NCBI GenBank assembly: GCA_002422395.1
Contig: DIUY01000030.1
Coordinates: 221,317 to 285,316, forward strand
DNA: 64,000 nucleotides
Direction of reading: 5' to 3'
Origin: Methylococcaceae bacterium UBA6146
Lineage (GTDB): Bacteria > Pseudomonadota > Gammaproteobacteria > Methylococcales > Methylomonadaceae
Shown: in pieces, positions 11,054 through 22,321 of the stretch
Numbering within the stretch: position 1 is the first letter of the stretch
Layout: every line of letters begins with the position of its first letter
The notes under the pieces: model-generated
Seen by the model: the letters and a program-made list of their open reading frames with translations, nothing else
Database searches by the model: none
Told to the model about the DNA's origin: nothing
Translations under genes and position numbers: made by a program

Positions 11054-11193
11054 GGCGTTTGGGATAAAGCGGGCAATTAGGCGGAGTCATTAAAATGCCC
11101 GATGTGCAGACATTCTTGTTAGAAAACAGGGGCATCAATTGCATTAAGCCAGGCCGTTCGTGCTGGGTTAGCAGCCGGTTTTGTTTTTGCTGT

Positions 11194-11997
11194 TCAATGC
11201 CATAGCAGTCTGGCTGCCATCACAAAAAGCAGTAGCGAAAAATAACGTTTTAACTTTGCCGCAGGCAGCTTATGAGCCAACCTTGCCCCTATCGGCGCAG
11301 TGCAAACACTACTCAAAGCAATGCCGATAAAGGCAGGCAAATAAACAAACCCCAAACTCCATTGGGGTAGCTGGACTGCATCCCAACCCAATAATGCGTA
11401 ACTGGCCGTCCCAACAATCGCAACAGGCAATCCGCAAGCGCTTGCCACGGCGACCGCATTGAGCACGGGCATTTGCCCATGCACTAGGTAAGGCACAGTA
11501 AGCGCACCGCCGCCCATGCCGACCATAGACGATAGCAAACCAATAAGGGTTGCCACCGTATAATCCAGCCACTTTGGCTGTTTTGTAGTGCCTGGCTTGG
11601 GTTTTACTTGCAAGGCCATAATGGTGCCGAAATACAGCAAAAAAACCACCAGAATTGCACGCAAAGTATCGGCACTAATTTGTTTGGCAATTACCGCACC
11701 AACCGCAGCGCCAAAACCAATTAGCGGACTTAAGCGCAGCACTTTATCCCATAACATTGTGCCTAAACGATGATGTGCGACAACCGAAGCGATTGCTGTC
11801 AGGATAATAGTGGCTAAAGAGGTGGCAACCGCCATTAATAACACTTGCTCCGCAGGAAAATGGTATGCCGAAAAAACGAGTGCCAAAACCGGTACAATAA
11901 CCAGCCCCCCGCCAATCCCAAATAAGCCGGCCATCAAACCAGAGACAGTGCCTAGTGCGAGGCTAGCGGCAAAAATATCTATGATTTCCTTGTCCAA
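11194..11997 (-). CDS. Sulfite exporter TauE/SafE family membrane protein
   Basis: GLFGIGGGLVIVP and GMGGGALTVP repeats, multiple TM segments. Confidence 0.88.
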   Translation of the reverse strand: MDKEIIDIFAASLALGTVSGLMAGLFGIGGGLVIVPVLALVFSAYHFPAEQVLLMAVATSLATIILTAIASVVAHHRLGTMLWDKVLRLSPLIGFGAAVGAVIAKQISADTLRAILVVFLLYFGTIMALQVKPKPGTTKQPKWLDYTVATLIGLLSSMVGMGGGALTVPYLVHGQMPVLNAVAVASACGLPVAIVGTASYALLGWDAVQLPQWSLGFVYLPAFIGIALSSVCTAPIGARLAHKLPAAKLKRYFSLLLFVMAARLLWH

Positions 11998-12117
11998 AAT
12001 AACCTTGTGTTATGGTGGTGGGCAATATACCCAATAAATAATTATGAATTATGGCAATAATTGACCGTCCATAACTGGTTGAGCCAGAACTTTTTTTTGA
12101 GCCACCCGCATCGTTTG

Positions 12118-12208
12118 TGTAGTAGGCCGGAGGCCGGCAACCCACTTTGCCACACCGATGGGCGTGCCAGAATCACCAGCCCGGACAGTTGTGCCGAACC
12201 CTACTACC
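12118..12208. repeat. GTAG-type REP doublet (REPIN-like)
   Basis: GTAG-GCCGG-AGG-CCGGC at left; inverted ...CCCTACTACC at right; intergenic. Confidence 0.4.
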
Positions 12209-12210
12209 GA

Positions 12211-12873
12211 TTATTCTTTTCCCGCCAAAAAAGGCACAAAAGTGACTGGCTCCAATTCCTCAACTTTATAGCCCATTTCGGTACGGGTAACCCGTTGCAA
12301 TGTTTGTTTGTCGCCATTTTTTCCCACGGGGATCACCATGACACCATTTACCGCCATTTGCTGTAATAATATCTCTGGTATTTCCGGTGGGGCCGCTGTT
12401 ACTAGAATGCCATCAAAAGGGGCGTATTCCGGCCAGCCAAGACTACCATCGCCATATAAGTAGCTGATATTTTTAATTTTTAAATCCCACAGATAATCTT
12501 TTGCTTTTTTCTGTAAAGGTAATATCCGCTCAATGCTATAGACATGATCGACCACTTGCGCCAAAACCGCTGTCTGGTAGCCACAACCGGTGCCTATTTC
12601 CAAAACTTTTGATAAGGACCCTGACGCCAGTAACAACTCTGTCATCTTAGCGACAATATAAGGCTGGGAAATGGTCTGGTTATAACCAATGGGCAGTGCA
12701 GTATCTTCGTATGCCCGGCTAGACAACGCCTCATCCATAAAAATGTGCCTAGGCGTATCACGCATCACCTCCAACACTTTTTGGTTGGTTATCCCTTGCT
12801 CAGCCAAGCGGTTCATCATACGCTCCCGGGTGCGCAAGGAAGTCATACCTATCCCTTGCAGATGCGGTGTCAT
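12211..12873 (-). CDS. pcm: Protein-L-isoaspartate O-methyltransferase
   Basis: [32 protein letters not shown]; start at 12873 gives an ATGA overlap with the surE stop. Confidence 0.95.
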   Translation of the reverse strand: MTPHLQGIGMTSLRTRERMMNRLAEQGITNQKVLEVMRDTPRHIFMDEALSSRAYEDTALPIGYNQTISQPYIVAKMTELLLASGSLSKVLEIGTGCGYQTAVLAQVVDHVYSIERILPLQKKAKDYLWDLKIKNISYLYGDGSLGWPEYAPFDGILVTAAPPEIPEILLQQMAVNGVMVIPVGKNGDKQTLQRVTRTEMGYKVEELEPVTFVPFLAGKE

Positions 12874-13631
12874 AAATCGCTCTCTTTCGGTAACCATTCT
12901 TTTAACTCATTAATCCGCCCATACCAAGTCAAATCAATCTGTAATGGCGTGACTGACACAAAACCGGCATTAATTGCATAAAAATCCGTGCCCGGACCGG
13001 CATCCTGTTCGGCACCCGGCGGCCCCACCCAATAAATGTCGCGTCCCCTCGGGTCTTTACTTGTAATGACCGGTTCTGATTTATGCCGCTGGCCAAGCCG
13101 CGTTGCCTGAAAACCTTTTAAGTCCTTAAGCGGCATATCCGGCACATTGACATTAAGGATAGTGTCTTGAGGCAAAGGCTTGGCTATCAATTGTTTTAAT
13201 AGGGTTACTGCAACCTGGGCGGCGGTGTCAAAATGAACGGGATTGCTGCCGACTAAAGAAATGGCGACAGCGGGCAACCCTAAAAAACGCCCTTCGGTCG
13301 CTGCTGCAACCGTACCCGAATACAGCACGTCATCACCCAAATTGGCACCGTGATTAATGCCTGCAAAAACCATATCAGGTTCATTTTTTAGCAGGCCGGT
13401 GACGGCCAGATGCACACAGTCGGTGGGTGTGCCATCCACTTTTATGAAGCCATTATCGAGCTGATAAGCCCGTAACGGCATTTCCAGCGTTAACGAGTTG
13501 CTCGCCGCACTGCGGTTCCTATCCGGTGCAACCACCGAAAGGTCTGCATGGGCACGCAGTACATTGGCTAATGCCAACAAACCTTCAGCCAAATAGCCGT
13601 CATCATTACTTAACAAAATGTGCATTATCAA
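12870..13631 (-). CDS. surE: 5'/3'-nucleotidase SurE
   Basis: [36 protein letters not shown]. Confidence 0.96.
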   Translation of the reverse strand: MIMHILLSNDDGYLAEGLLALANVLRAHADLSVVAPDRNRSAASNSLTLEMPLRAYQLDNGFIKVDGTPTDCVHLAVTGLLKNEPDMVFAGINHGANLGDDVLYSGTVAAATEGRFLGLPAVAISLVGSNPVHFDTAAQVAVTLLKQLIAKPLPQDTILNVNVPDMPLKDLKGFQATRLGQRHKSEPVITSKDPRGRDIYWVGPPGAEQDAGPGTDFYAINAGFVSVTPLQIDLTWYGRINELKEWLPKESDL

Positions 13632-13699
13632 TCGCCATCAAGCAGAAAAATCTATAAAATCAAACATATTAGCAACAATAAACCGCAAAATCAGCTATC

Positions 13700-14242
13700 G
13701 TGACAAAAAAAACCATCAGTATTGAAGACAGTGACTTGTTTCGTGACACTGTCGGGACAGTACGCCCGATTAAAGCCGACAAGGTCTTGTTGAAGCAACC
13801 AGATAAACCTAAACCCTACCCCAAAAAGCCCGTTATTAATATCGAAGCGCATTTAAGGGAAACGGCTGATATAACCATTGAAAAAGTTGGTCTTGAAGAT
13901 TCGCTCAGCTTCGCAGCCCCGGGATTACAAAAAAACGTCTTAAAAAAATTACGCCAGGGCTTTTTTGGCCTTGATGCTGAAATTGATCTGCATGGCTTAA
14001 GCAGCCATGAAGCCAAACGGCAACTGCTGTGCTTTTTAAACGATTGCGTCATAAACACTTGCCGTTGTGTGCATATTGTGCACGGCAAAGGGTATCGCTC
14101 GACTGACAATCATCCTATTTTGAAAAACAACATCAACCTATGGCTTAGGCAGCACGAAAAGGTGCAGGCGTTTTGCTCAGCTCCCCCTAAAGACGGTGGC
14201 ACGGGTGCTGTTTTTGTGTTGCTGTCCATGACAAAAAATTAG
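13700..14242 (+). CDS. Smr/MutS2 C-terminal domain endonuclease
   Basis: IDLHGL, IVHGKGYRS, GGTGAVFVLL. Confidence 0.9.
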   Translation: MTKKTISIEDSDLFRDTVGTVRPIKADKVLLKQPDKPKPYPKKPVINIEAHLRETADITIEKVGLEDSLSFAAPGLQKNVLKKLRQGFFGLDAEIDLHGLSSHEAKRQLLCFLNDCVINTCRCVHIVHGKGYRSTDNHPILKNNINLWLRQHEKVQAFCSAPPKDGGTGAVFVLLSMTKN

Positions 14243-14243
14243 C

Positions 14244-15071
14244 CTAATCGACTGTCCATTCCACCAGCCCGCTGTAAGCCGTGGCCAAAATAACCAAGCC
14301 AAAAGCAATACGGTACCACGCAAAAATAATGAAATTATGGTGGCTGATATAACGCAATAAACCCTTGATTGCCAATAATGCGCTAATAAAGGCAGCAATA
14401 AGCCCGACGACAAAATAAGGTGCGTCCCCCGCAATATCTAATAAGTCACGGTGCTTATAAACATCATAAAGGCTAGCGATAATCAAGGTAGGAATCGCCA
14501 GAAAAAATGAAAACTCGGTTGCCGCCTTGCGCGACAAGCCAAACAATAGCCCGCCGATAATCGTTGAACCCGAACGCGAGGTGCCCGGAATCAATGCAAA
14601 GGCTTGGGCGAAGCCCAGTTTTAAAGCATCTAAGGGCGTCAGGTCATCGACCTCGTGGATACGGATTGTATGTTCGCGCTTTTCCGCCCAGATAATCACA
14701 ATTGCACCAATAATAAAGGCTAACGCAACCGGCACCGGTTTGAATAATTCGGCTTTAATATATTTGCCAAACAAAAGCCCTAGGCTTGCCAAAGGTATAA
14801 AAGCAATCACCAAGTTCAAGGTGAATTTCTGAGCCGCCCGCTGCGTGGGCAAGCCCATCACAACAGAGGCTATTTTCGCGCGATATTCCCAGCAAACGGC
14901 CAAAATGGCGCCGACTTGGATAACAATTTCAAACACCTTGCCTTTATCATTGTTGAAATTAAGCAAGTCGCCAACCAGGATTAAATGTCCAGTGCTGGAA
15001 ACGGGGAGAAACTCGGTCAGGCCTTCAACAATACCCAGAATAAAGGCTTTAAGTATTAATAATAGATCCAT
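14244..15071 (-). CDS. uppP: Undecaprenyl-diphosphate phosphatase
   Basis: [35 protein letters not shown]. Confidence 0.96.
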   Translation of the reverse strand: MDLLLILKAFILGIVEGLTEFLPVSSTGHLILVGDLLNFNNDKGKVFEIVIQVGAILAVCWEYRAKIASVVMGLPTQRAAQKFTLNLVIAFIPLASLGLLFGKYIKAELFKPVPVALAFIIGAIVIIWAEKREHTIRIHEVDDLTPLDALKLGFAQAFALIPGTSRSGSTIIGGLLFGLSRKAATEFSFFLAIPTLIIASLYDVYKHRDLLDIAGDAPYFVVGLIAAFISALLAIKGLLRYISHHNFIIFAWYRIAFGLVILATAYSGLVEWTVD

Positions 15072-15136
15072 GTTTTTGAATTAAATGGGGTGTATAGAAA
15101 ATGGAACAATCGCGGCCAAGCCGTTAATTAAATCGG

Positions 15137-15406
15137 TCATTTTATTTCAAACGAGGTCAACGCTTCGTCAATTGGGATATCGGCAATTTCAAGCTGATCG
15201 ACGCGGGCAGTGACCGGCCCTTTTTGGCACCATTTGATAAATTTTTCTATCGTTGGATGTTCCGCCTCGGCAATAATTTCAACCCGCCCGTCGGACAGAT
15301 TTCTGACACTGCCCTTGATGGCGAAATGTTTGGCTTTATTCTGGGTAAAAACACGAAAATAAACGCCTTGTACACGTCCTGACACCAGGACTTTTACTCT
15401 ACGCAT
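15137..15406 (-). CDS. acyP: Acylphosphatase
   Basis: VSGRVQGVYFR, GSVRNLSDGRVE. Confidence 0.93.
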   Translation of the reverse strand: MRRVKVLVSGRVQGVYFRVFTQNKAKHFAIKGSVRNLSDGRVEIIAEAEHPTIEKFIKWCQKGPVTARVDQLEIADIPIDEALTSFEIK

Positions 15407-17601
15407 TACTTAAATAACCTCCAGCAGTAGTGAATTTTAGGGTTGCGGGCAAAATCTTCCGGGATAGTGGCCGCCGTAATGTCTTCAATGTTTGATGCTG
15501 ACAGCGCTGGGCCATCAAGTTTGAAGCGCCGAAAATTAGTGGAAAAATATAAAACGCCTTGCGGCGCCAATAATTTGAGGGCGTTGTTGATTAACGCCAC
15601 ATGATCGGCTTGTATATCAAAAATGCCTTCCATCCGTTTGGAATTGGAAAACGTAGGCGGATCAAGAAAAATCAAGTCATATTGCCGACAGTGCGCCTGC
15701 GCCGCCTCATTTGCCAACCATTCCAAGCAATCTGCCTGAATAAATTCATGGCCGCCAGCGGTTTTATTTAACGCCAAATTGTTTTTTGCCCAGTTTATAT
15801 AAGTGTTGGACATATCCACGGTGGTGGTTGATTTGGCGCCACCCACTGCGGCATGTACCGTCGCGCTGCCGGTATAAGCAAACAGATTTAAAAAGCGTTT
15901 ATCTTTAGCTTGCTGTTGGAGCATCATGCGGATTGGGCGGTGGTCTAAAAACAGGCCAGTATCCAGATAATCTTCAAAATTTACCAGTAACCGGCAGCCC
16001 CCTTCTTCAATGGCATGAAAATGTCCTGACTCGCCATACTTTTCATATTGTTCGGTGCTGCGCTGCTTGCGGCGTATCTTTAAAAAAACATTCTCACGCC
16101 CAACACCAAGCACCTTAGGTATTTCCGCCAACAACCCCGCTAGCCGTTGGTCTGCTTTATGGGCGTCGATGGTTTTTGGCGGCTCGTATTCCTGCACATT
16201 AACCCAAGTCTGGTCACCTTGATAAATGTCCACGGCGGCCGAGTATTCAGGCAAATCGGCATCATAAACACGGTAACAGCTAATCTGGTTTTGTTTTGCC
16301 CAGTTAGCCAGTTTTTTAACATTTTTTTTAAGGCGGTTGGCGAACATCACCGCACCGGCATCCGCTTCCGGCTCTGCGCTGGTTGCCGTGACTTGCTTCA
16401 AACGTTCCTCTTGACTTTTAGCTTTTGGGACAAAAAAAGCGCTTTCTTCGATGTCCATACGTAACAGCTTGCATTCCAACGCCCCATTAAACAATGTGAC
16501 CGGTTTTTGTGAGCGTATCCCTAAGCGAAAACCCAGCTCTGGATCACTGATAATCATCGCGGCCTTCCAACCTATAAAATGGGCTTTTAACGATGCACCA
16601 AATATTTTATACAGTTCGGCTGTTTCCGCCTCATCACCTAACCGCTCACCGTAAGGCGGATTGCAAATCAGCAGGCCAGGTTTCCAGCTATCGGCTGGCG
16701 CGGCATCCCTAATATCACGGCGTTCAACATGAATTTTAGCCTGTAATCCGGCATTGGCGATATGGGTTAACGCGGTGTTGATAGTTTGTCGGTTTTGATC
16801 AAAACCGACAATGACCGGAAGTTTTTCCAGCCCCGCATGTTTACGTTGTAGGGCTTCGTCACGCAATTTTTTCCAGCACGCCGCATCATGTTGCTTCCAG
16901 CCGATAAAGCCAAAGTAATCACGCAACAAACCGGGGGCGTAATCGGCGGCCATCATTGCGCCTTCCAGCAGCAAGGTGCCAGAGCCGCACATGGGATCAA
17001 GCAATGAACCGCCTTGCTTGGCGATGTGTGGCCAACCACTGCGCAACAACATGGCGGCGGCGAGATTTTCTTTAATGGGCGCTTTGATATTGATGTCCCG
17101 ATAGCCGCGGCGGTGCAGGCTTTCACCCGACAAATCCAAGCTAAGCTGGGCGATTTCACCGTGTAAGTAAACATTGACGCGGATATGGGGCTGCCCAGTA
17201 TTGATGCTGGGGCGGACATTAAATTTTGCCCGCATTTGATCGACAATCGCATCCTTGACTTTCAATGCGCCAAAGTGCGTGTTGTTGATTGCGGGTGCAT
17301 TTTTCGCACTGAATGAGACGGCAAAACTGTCTTCAGGATTAAGATGCTCAAACCAATTGATGCGTTGTACGCCTTCATAAAGGTCTTCTTGGTTTTTTAC
17401 GTCAAACGAACTTAACACCAGCAGAATTCGGTTGGCTGTCCTCGACCACAGACAGGTGCGATACGCTGTTTCCAGATCGCCCTGAAACGCCACCCCCGCC
17501 ATCGTTTGTTTGACCTCGCTAATGCCTAATGCTTGCAGTTCTTCGGCGAGTATGTTTTCCATCGCTTTAGGCGTGGTGGCAAATAGTTGATAAATGGGCA
17601 T
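15406..17601 (-). CDS. rlmKL: Bifunctional 23S rRNA m2G2445/m7G2069 methyltransferase
   Basis: THUMP domain + DPMCGSGT + NPPYG, second MTase DTGLFLDHR, LNLFAYTG, DPPTFSNSKRM; start placed at MPIYQLF (17601). Confidence 0.94.
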   Translation of the reverse strand: MPIYQLFATTPKAMENILAEELQALGISEVKQTMAGVAFQGDLETAYRTCLWSRTANRILLVLSSFDVKNQEDLYEGVQRINWFEHLNPEDSFAVSFSAKNAPAINNTHFGALKVKDAIVDQMRAKFNVRPSINTGQPHIRVNVYLHGEIAQLSLDLSGESLHRRGYRDINIKAPIKENLAAAMLLRSGWPHIAKQGGSLLDPMCGSGTLLLEGAMMAADYAPGLLRDYFGFIGWKQHDAACWKKLRDEALQRKHAGLEKLPVIVGFDQNRQTINTALTHIANAGLQAKIHVERRDIRDAAPADSWKPGLLICNPPYGERLGDEAETAELYKIFGASLKAHFIGWKAAMIISDPELGFRLGIRSQKPVTLFNGALECKLLRMDIEESAFFVPKAKSQEERLKQVTATSAEPEADAGAVMFANRLKKNVKKLANWAKQNQISCYRVYDADLPEYSAAVDIYQGDQTWVNVQEYEPPKTIDAHKADQRLAGLLAEIPKVLGVGRENVFLKIRRKQRSTEQYEKYGESGHFHAIEEGGCRLLVNFEDYLDTGLFLDHRPIRMMLQQQAKDKRFLNLFAYTGSATVHAAVGGAKSTTTVDMSNTYINWAKNNLALNKTAGGHEFIQADCLEWLANEAAQAHCRQYDLIFLDPPTFSNSKRMEGIFDIQADHVALINNALKLLAPQGVLYFSTNFRRFKLDGPALSASNIEDITAATIPEDFARNPKIHYCWRLFK

Positions 17602-17742
17602 AGCTAAATAGTAAGGGCGAGCGTAACAGATAGGAAAAAACGATGTGCTATCGACCCCAATCAAGATCAGGGGTCAATAGCGGATGTAAGGTCAAGTCTT
17701 AGCTAGAAGCTGATGTGCAAGAATGCATCACTAGCGCTTGAT

Positions 17743-18225
17743 TTATTGAATCTTGATCAGCTCCACATCAAAAATCAAAGCTGAATTAGGGCCGATAGTA
17801 CGGCCAGCACCGCGCTCGCCGTAGGCAAGTTCTGAAGGGATATAAAAACGGTATTTGGCGCCTTCTTTCATTAACTGGACGCCTTCAGTCCACCCAGGAA
17901 TAACGCCGTTTAGTGGGAACGTGGCGGGTTCGCCTCTGGAATAGGAACTATCAAACTCTTTACCATCTATTGTTGTGCCCTTGTAATGTACCGTCACATT
18001 GTCGGTTGCGGAAGGGGAGTTAGTTCCGGTGCCAGCAACCAGCACTTCGTATTGCAAGCCGCTGTTAGTCGTCAGTATATTGGGTTTTTTGGCATTCGCC
18101 GCAAGAAACGCAATGCCGGCGGCTTTATTTTCTTCTGGAGTGGTGGCATTAGCCATTGAAAACATAGTGATTCCTATTAAGAGGGTGGTAACAATTGAAA
18201 GAACTTGTATTTGGATGCTTCTCAT
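17743..18225 (-). CDS. FKBP-type peptidyl-prolyl cis-trans isomerase
   Basis: VTVHYKGT, FDSSYSRG, VIPGWTEG, IPSELAYG, LIFDVEL; signal peptide. Confidence 0.93.
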   Translation of the reverse strand: MRSIQIQVLSIVTTLLIGITMFSMANATTPEENKAAGIAFLAANAKKPNILTTNSGLQYEVLVAGTGTNSPSATDNVTVHYKGTTIDGKEFDSSYSRGEPATFPLNGVIPGWTEGVQLMKEGAKYRFYIPSELAYGERGAGRTIGPNSALIFDVELIKIQ

Positions 18226-18272
18226 GATTTCACCTTATTTTGTTGATGTAAAACAGGTTGCCCGGCAAACAA

Positions 18273-18851
18273 TCAGCGTTTGTCCGCCAATTGACAGGCC
18301 GCCAGTTGATTGTGGAACAATGCGGCCCGTTTAGCGACAGTGGCCGCGCTTTGCATTAGCCATTTTTTATGTAAGTAACGTTTTTTTCGGTAGCCGTTAT
18401 GGCCTTCATGATACGCAAGATACAGATTTTTAGCATCGGTTTTTGCTATGCCCAAGCGTTTATTACTTAAATAATTGTACCAGCCAATAAAATCGGCGGC
18501 GTCGGCAAACTCATCCCGGTCTGCTCCCCAACGACCCGCGCTGTCAAGATAATCGTCCCACGTTGTATCGAGGGCCTGTGCATAACCATAAGCGCTGCTC
18601 GGCCTAAACCAAGGGATCATGCCTAACAACCAAGTGCGTGGCGGCTTAGCATCGGCAACAAAATGTGATTCCTGGTGCATAATTGCCATCAACACCGGTA
18701 TGGGCACCCCCCACTTTTGATAAGCAGTGCTCGCATTGCCATACCAATCGTATTTCTCCCGAAAAGTGGAGCATATGTTATCACTATTTTTAGGGGGTAT
18801 AGCCGCACAGCCGACTAATGCAAACAACAAAAAGAGTATTATCTTTCTCAT
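18273..18851 (-). CDS. Lipoprotein with transglycosylase SLT-like domain
   Basis: Lipobox LVGC, AIMHQES catalytic-Glu motif, SSAYGYAQAL, YLAYHEG. Confidence 0.8.
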   Translation of the reverse strand: MRKIILFLLFALVGCAAIPPKNSDNICSTFREKYDWYGNASTAYQKWGVPIPVLMAIMHQESHFVADAKPPRTWLLGMIPWFRPSSAYGYAQALDTTWDDYLDSAGRWGADRDEFADAADFIGWYNYLSNKRLGIAKTDAKNLYLAYHEGHNGYRKKRYLHKKWLMQSAATVAKRAALFHNQLAACQLADKR

Positions 18852-18953
18852 GAAACGAAGAGGGATATAATTACAGAATCTAGCGCGGACATGACTAAAA
18901 TGAGAACTATAATAAAATCATAAAGCAGTGCCTAATCTGCAAGGAATGACAAA

Positions 18954-19568
18954 ATGAACTTACACATAAACCGACTCTACCGCAAAAACCTTAAATCGCA
19001 AGGCCTCATTTATGTAGGTGGTGAAGAGCGGGAAATCATCCTTAAAAATTTGTCCATAACCGGCGCACTTGCAGAATTAAAAAATTGCCCTGATGTGGAT
19101 TTTATCACTTCGACAATAGCCGCATCGCCCACAGTTGATATTTATCTCCCCCCGTTACAATTGGCAGGCGAGGCCGATGTTGTCAGGATCAGTGGTAAAT
19201 CGGACCACATCACACTTGCCCTGCAATTCAAGCATATCTCTTATGATGTTGATGAGCTGAGTTATAAAAGAAAGGCTTACAGAAAAAACATGAGCGTTGT
19301 CGGGCAATTATTTTTGGACAACACTTACTATAATTTTTTTTCCGTGAACATATCAACTGATGGCCTGATGATCCGTTTGCCCGAACCCGCCCCTATTGAA
19401 GAAGGGGGCACTGCCTCGTTTCAATTTAAAGAACTGGACTTGGTAGGGCAAGTTAAAGTCATTTGGAGGGATGAAGCCCCCAATGGAGGCATATTGCTAG
19501 GATTGCAGTATATCAATTTGTCAAAAAAACAGATAAAGGGCGTGCCCAATTTTGCAAAGAAAGAATAG
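18954..19568 (+). CDS. Tandem PilZ-domain protein
   Basis: Two repeats with NLSITG / NISTDG; second repeat has RKAYR (RxxxR). Confidence 0.8.
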   Translation: MNLHINRLYRKNLKSQGLIYVGGEEREIILKNLSITGALAELKNCPDVDFITSTIAASPTVDIYLPPLQLAGEADVVRISGKSDHITLALQFKHISYDVDELSYKRKAYRKNMSVVGQLFLDNTYYNFFSVNISTDGLMIRLPEPAPIEEGGTASFQFKELDLVGQVKVIWRDEAPNGGILLGLQYINLSKKQIKGVPNFAKKE

Positions 19569-19903
19569 CTTCTTATGGCAAAAACGCATTAGTGCAATCC
19601 ACTGGTCTGGTGCGCAAAATCGCGGACATATGTTAAAATTCCGTTCCGCCGGACCACCTTGCCAAGATAAGCCGATATCCGTAAGTCCATTAGCCTTTCA
19701 CAGCTGCACGGTTGAATAATTTATGGACAATATCCGGCTCGGTTAGCTTTTTTGTCCGGGAACGTTAAATCCTTTCCGCAGTGGCTAATTACAGTTAGGC
19801 TTAAATGGCACTTACCCCTGCCCACAAGATAGTTCCCACCTAGATAAAAACAAGACTGTCAGCCGGAAAGACTGCAACCTCAACTTAACCACACTACACA
19901 AAT

Positions 19904-21133
19904 ATGAACAAACCTAAAAAAGTCGCAATCCTTACCGCAGGCGGATTAGCCCCCTGCCTCAGCTCCGCCGTTGGCAGCCTCATCGAGCGTTACACCGAAA
20001 TTGACCCTAGCATTGAAATTATTTGCTACCGTAGCGGTTATAAAGGGCTGCTGCTTGGCGATTCGTACACAGTGACCCCCGAAGTCCGTGCAAACGCATC
20101 CAGACTGCACCAATTTGGCGGCTCTCCCATCGGGAACAGCCGAGTAAAATTAACTAACGTTAAAGATTGTGTAAAACGCGGCTTGGTTCAAGAAGGGCAA
20201 GACCCTCAAAAAGTGGCTGCCGACCAATTGATTAAAGACGGTGTCGATATACTGCACACCATAGGCGGTGATGACACCAATACCGCCGCAGCGGATCTGG
20301 CCGCTTTCCTGGCAACAAACAATTACGGCCTGACCGTTATCGGCTTACCAAAAACCGTTGATAACGATGTATACCCAATCAAACAGTCACTGGGCGCATG
20401 GACTGCCGCTGAACAGGGCGCACGGTATTTCTGGAATGTGGTTGCCGAAAACAACGCCAACCCGCGCATGTTGATAGTCCACGAAGTCATGGGCCGTAAC
20501 TGCGGCTGGTTGACTGCTGCCACAGCAAAAGAATACCGCAAGTTACTGGGCCGTGCCGAATGGTTGCCTGAAATTGGCCTGGACCGTAAAGCGTTTGAGA
20601 TCCATGCAGTATTTGTCCCTGAAATGGCAATTGACCTTGCCGCCGAAGCTTTGCGTTTACGCGCTGTGATGGATACCGTTGATTGCGTCAACATTTTTGT
20701 TTCTGAAGGGGCGGGCGTCGATGCCATCGTCGCAGAAATGCAAGCTAAAGGTGAAGAAGTGCCTCGTGATGCTTTTGGCCACATCAAACTGGATGCAATT
20801 AATCCCGGCAAATGGTTTGGCGAACAATTTGCCGCCATGATTGGTGCGGAAAAAACCCTAGTGCAAAAATCGGGCTATTTTGCCCGGGCCTCTGCGGCGA
20901 ATAGCGAAGACATCCGCCTTATCAAATCATGTGCCGACTTGGCCGTTGAATGCGCATTACGCCGCGAATCGGGCGTTATGGGTCATGACGAAGACAAGGG
21001 TGGCGTGCTCCGTGCCATTGAATTTCCCCGCATCAAAGGTGGCAAACCTTTCGACCTCGACACGCCATGGTTTAATGAAACCTTAGCCGAAATAGGCCAA
21101 ACAAAAGGGGCCAAAGTTGATGTAAGCCATTAA
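19904..21133 (+). CDS. pfp: Pyrophosphate-dependent phosphofructokinase
   Basis: LTAGGLAPCL, GGDDTN (PPi-type Asp), PKTVDND, MGRNCGWL. Confidence 0.93.
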   Translation: MNKPKKVAILTAGGLAPCLSSAVGSLIERYTEIDPSIEIICYRSGYKGLLLGDSYTVTPEVRANASRLHQFGGSPIGNSRVKLTNVKDCVKRGLVQEGQDPQKVAADQLIKDGVDILHTIGGDDTNTAAADLAAFLATNNYGLTVIGLPKTVDNDVYPIKQSLGAWTAAEQGARYFWNVVAENNANPRMLIVHEVMGRNCGWLTAATAKEYRKLLGRAEWLPEIGLDRKAFEIHAVFVPEMAIDLAAEALRLRAVMDTVDCVNIFVSEGAGVDAIVAEMQAKGEEVPRDAFGHIKLDAINPGKWFGEQFAAMIGAEKTLVQKSGYFARASAANSEDIRLIKSCADLAVECALRRESGVMGHDEDKGGVLRAIEFPRIKGGKPFDLDTPWFNETLAEIGQTKGAKVDVSH

Positions 21134-21221
21134 CCTCTCCCCACACCGTCCGAGGGCAAACGCTGTTGGTGTTTGCCCTTACCATGCCGTCACCGCGCCG
21201 CCCTATAATCCGAACAACTTT

Positions 21222-22250
21222 TTGGTTTTTATTATGCACATTTTTATAAAACAGCCGCTTCTAGCAGTTGTTGCCTTACTATGGCTACTAATCAATAGCC
21301 AAAATGCCTTTGCAGATAAAAAAATCAAGGCGCCCCAATCTAAAGACGCCGCTACGGCCTTACAATGCGTTGCGTTTAGCCCTTATGTCGGCAAACTTAC
21401 GCCCGATTATGGCGCGCACCCTTCCAAAGCATTAATTGATACCCTACTTGACAAACTGGTCAAAGACACTGAGTTTCGCTGCATCATGACTTACGGCGTT
21501 ATCAACGGGCTTGACTACACCTTTGCTGCCGCTAAGGCCAGGGATATTAAAGTTATTGCCATCATTTGGATAGATAAAGACACTGCCGTTAACTCCCAAT
21601 CTATCACCGCCGGCATTCAAGCGGCCAAAGCATACCCTGAAACCATCATTAAATTGAGCTGTGGTTCGGAAGTAAGGACTCGTCATGGTTACGCCTTTGA
21701 CGGTGAAATCACGCGTTGCATCCAAGCGCTGCGTGAAGCCAAAGTGACCCAGCCAATCACCACCATAGACACTTGGTGGGAATGGTGTAACCGTTCGCTA
21801 ACCTGCGGGCAAACCAGCTTTTTTGCACAGGTGGATTGGATAGGCATCAATATTTTCCCTTGGTGGGAAAATGGTTATTCGGGGATTCATCCTTGCACCA
21901 CAGCCCAACAAGCGGCTGATTTTCATATTGCCAGACTTACTGAAGTGCACAAAGCCAACCCTGACAAAGACATCATGGTGACAGAATTCGGTTGGCCAAA
22001 TGGCCCGAAAAACGGCACTCAAACCAATATCAAAACCGGCCAACATTGTGGCATCGCCAGCCCGAAAAACCAGGCCATAGTCGTGCAAAACACCTTCAAA
22101 AAACTGGCCGAAAAAAACTGGTCGGGGGTTGTTTTCGAAGCATTTTCCGAGGACTGGAAGCCCAGTAGCGAAGGTAACTCTGGTCGTTTCTGGGGGCTTT
22201 GCCAAGGCGAAGAACCCTACACTTGCAACAAAGAAATATATAAGCACTGA
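21222..22250 (+). CDS. Exported glycoside hydrolase, GH17-like (beta-1,3-glucanase)
   Basis: Signal peptide, CVAFSPY, GSEV (acid/base), VTEFGWP (nucleophile), FEAFSEDWK. Confidence 0.75.
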   Translation: MVFIMHIFIKQPLLAVVALLWLLINSQNAFADKKIKAPQSKDAATALQCVAFSPYVGKLTPDYGAHPSKALIDTLLDKLVKDTEFRCIMTYGVINGLDYTFAAAKARDIKVIAIIWIDKDTAVNSQSITAGIQAAKAYPETIIKLSCGSEVRTRHGYAFDGEITRCIQALREAKVTQPITTIDTWWEWCNRSLTCGQTSFFAQVDWIGINIFPWWENGYSGIHPCTTAQQAADFHIARLTEVHKANPDKDIMVTEFGWPNGPKNGTQTNIKTGQHCGIASPKNQAIVVQNTFKKLAEKNWSGVVFEAFSEDWKPSSEGNSGRFWGLCQGEEPYTCNKEIYKH

Positions 22251-22321
22251 TAAATTAAGCCCAGTCTATTTAACTTAACATCAACACCGCAACAATCGAC
22301 CTTTATCCAAGCTTCCTTAAA

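Noticed and set aside
19806-19822. Sigma-54 promoter upstream of pfp (TGGCAC...TGC)
   Set aside because: GG-to-GC spacing is 11 nt rather than the required 10
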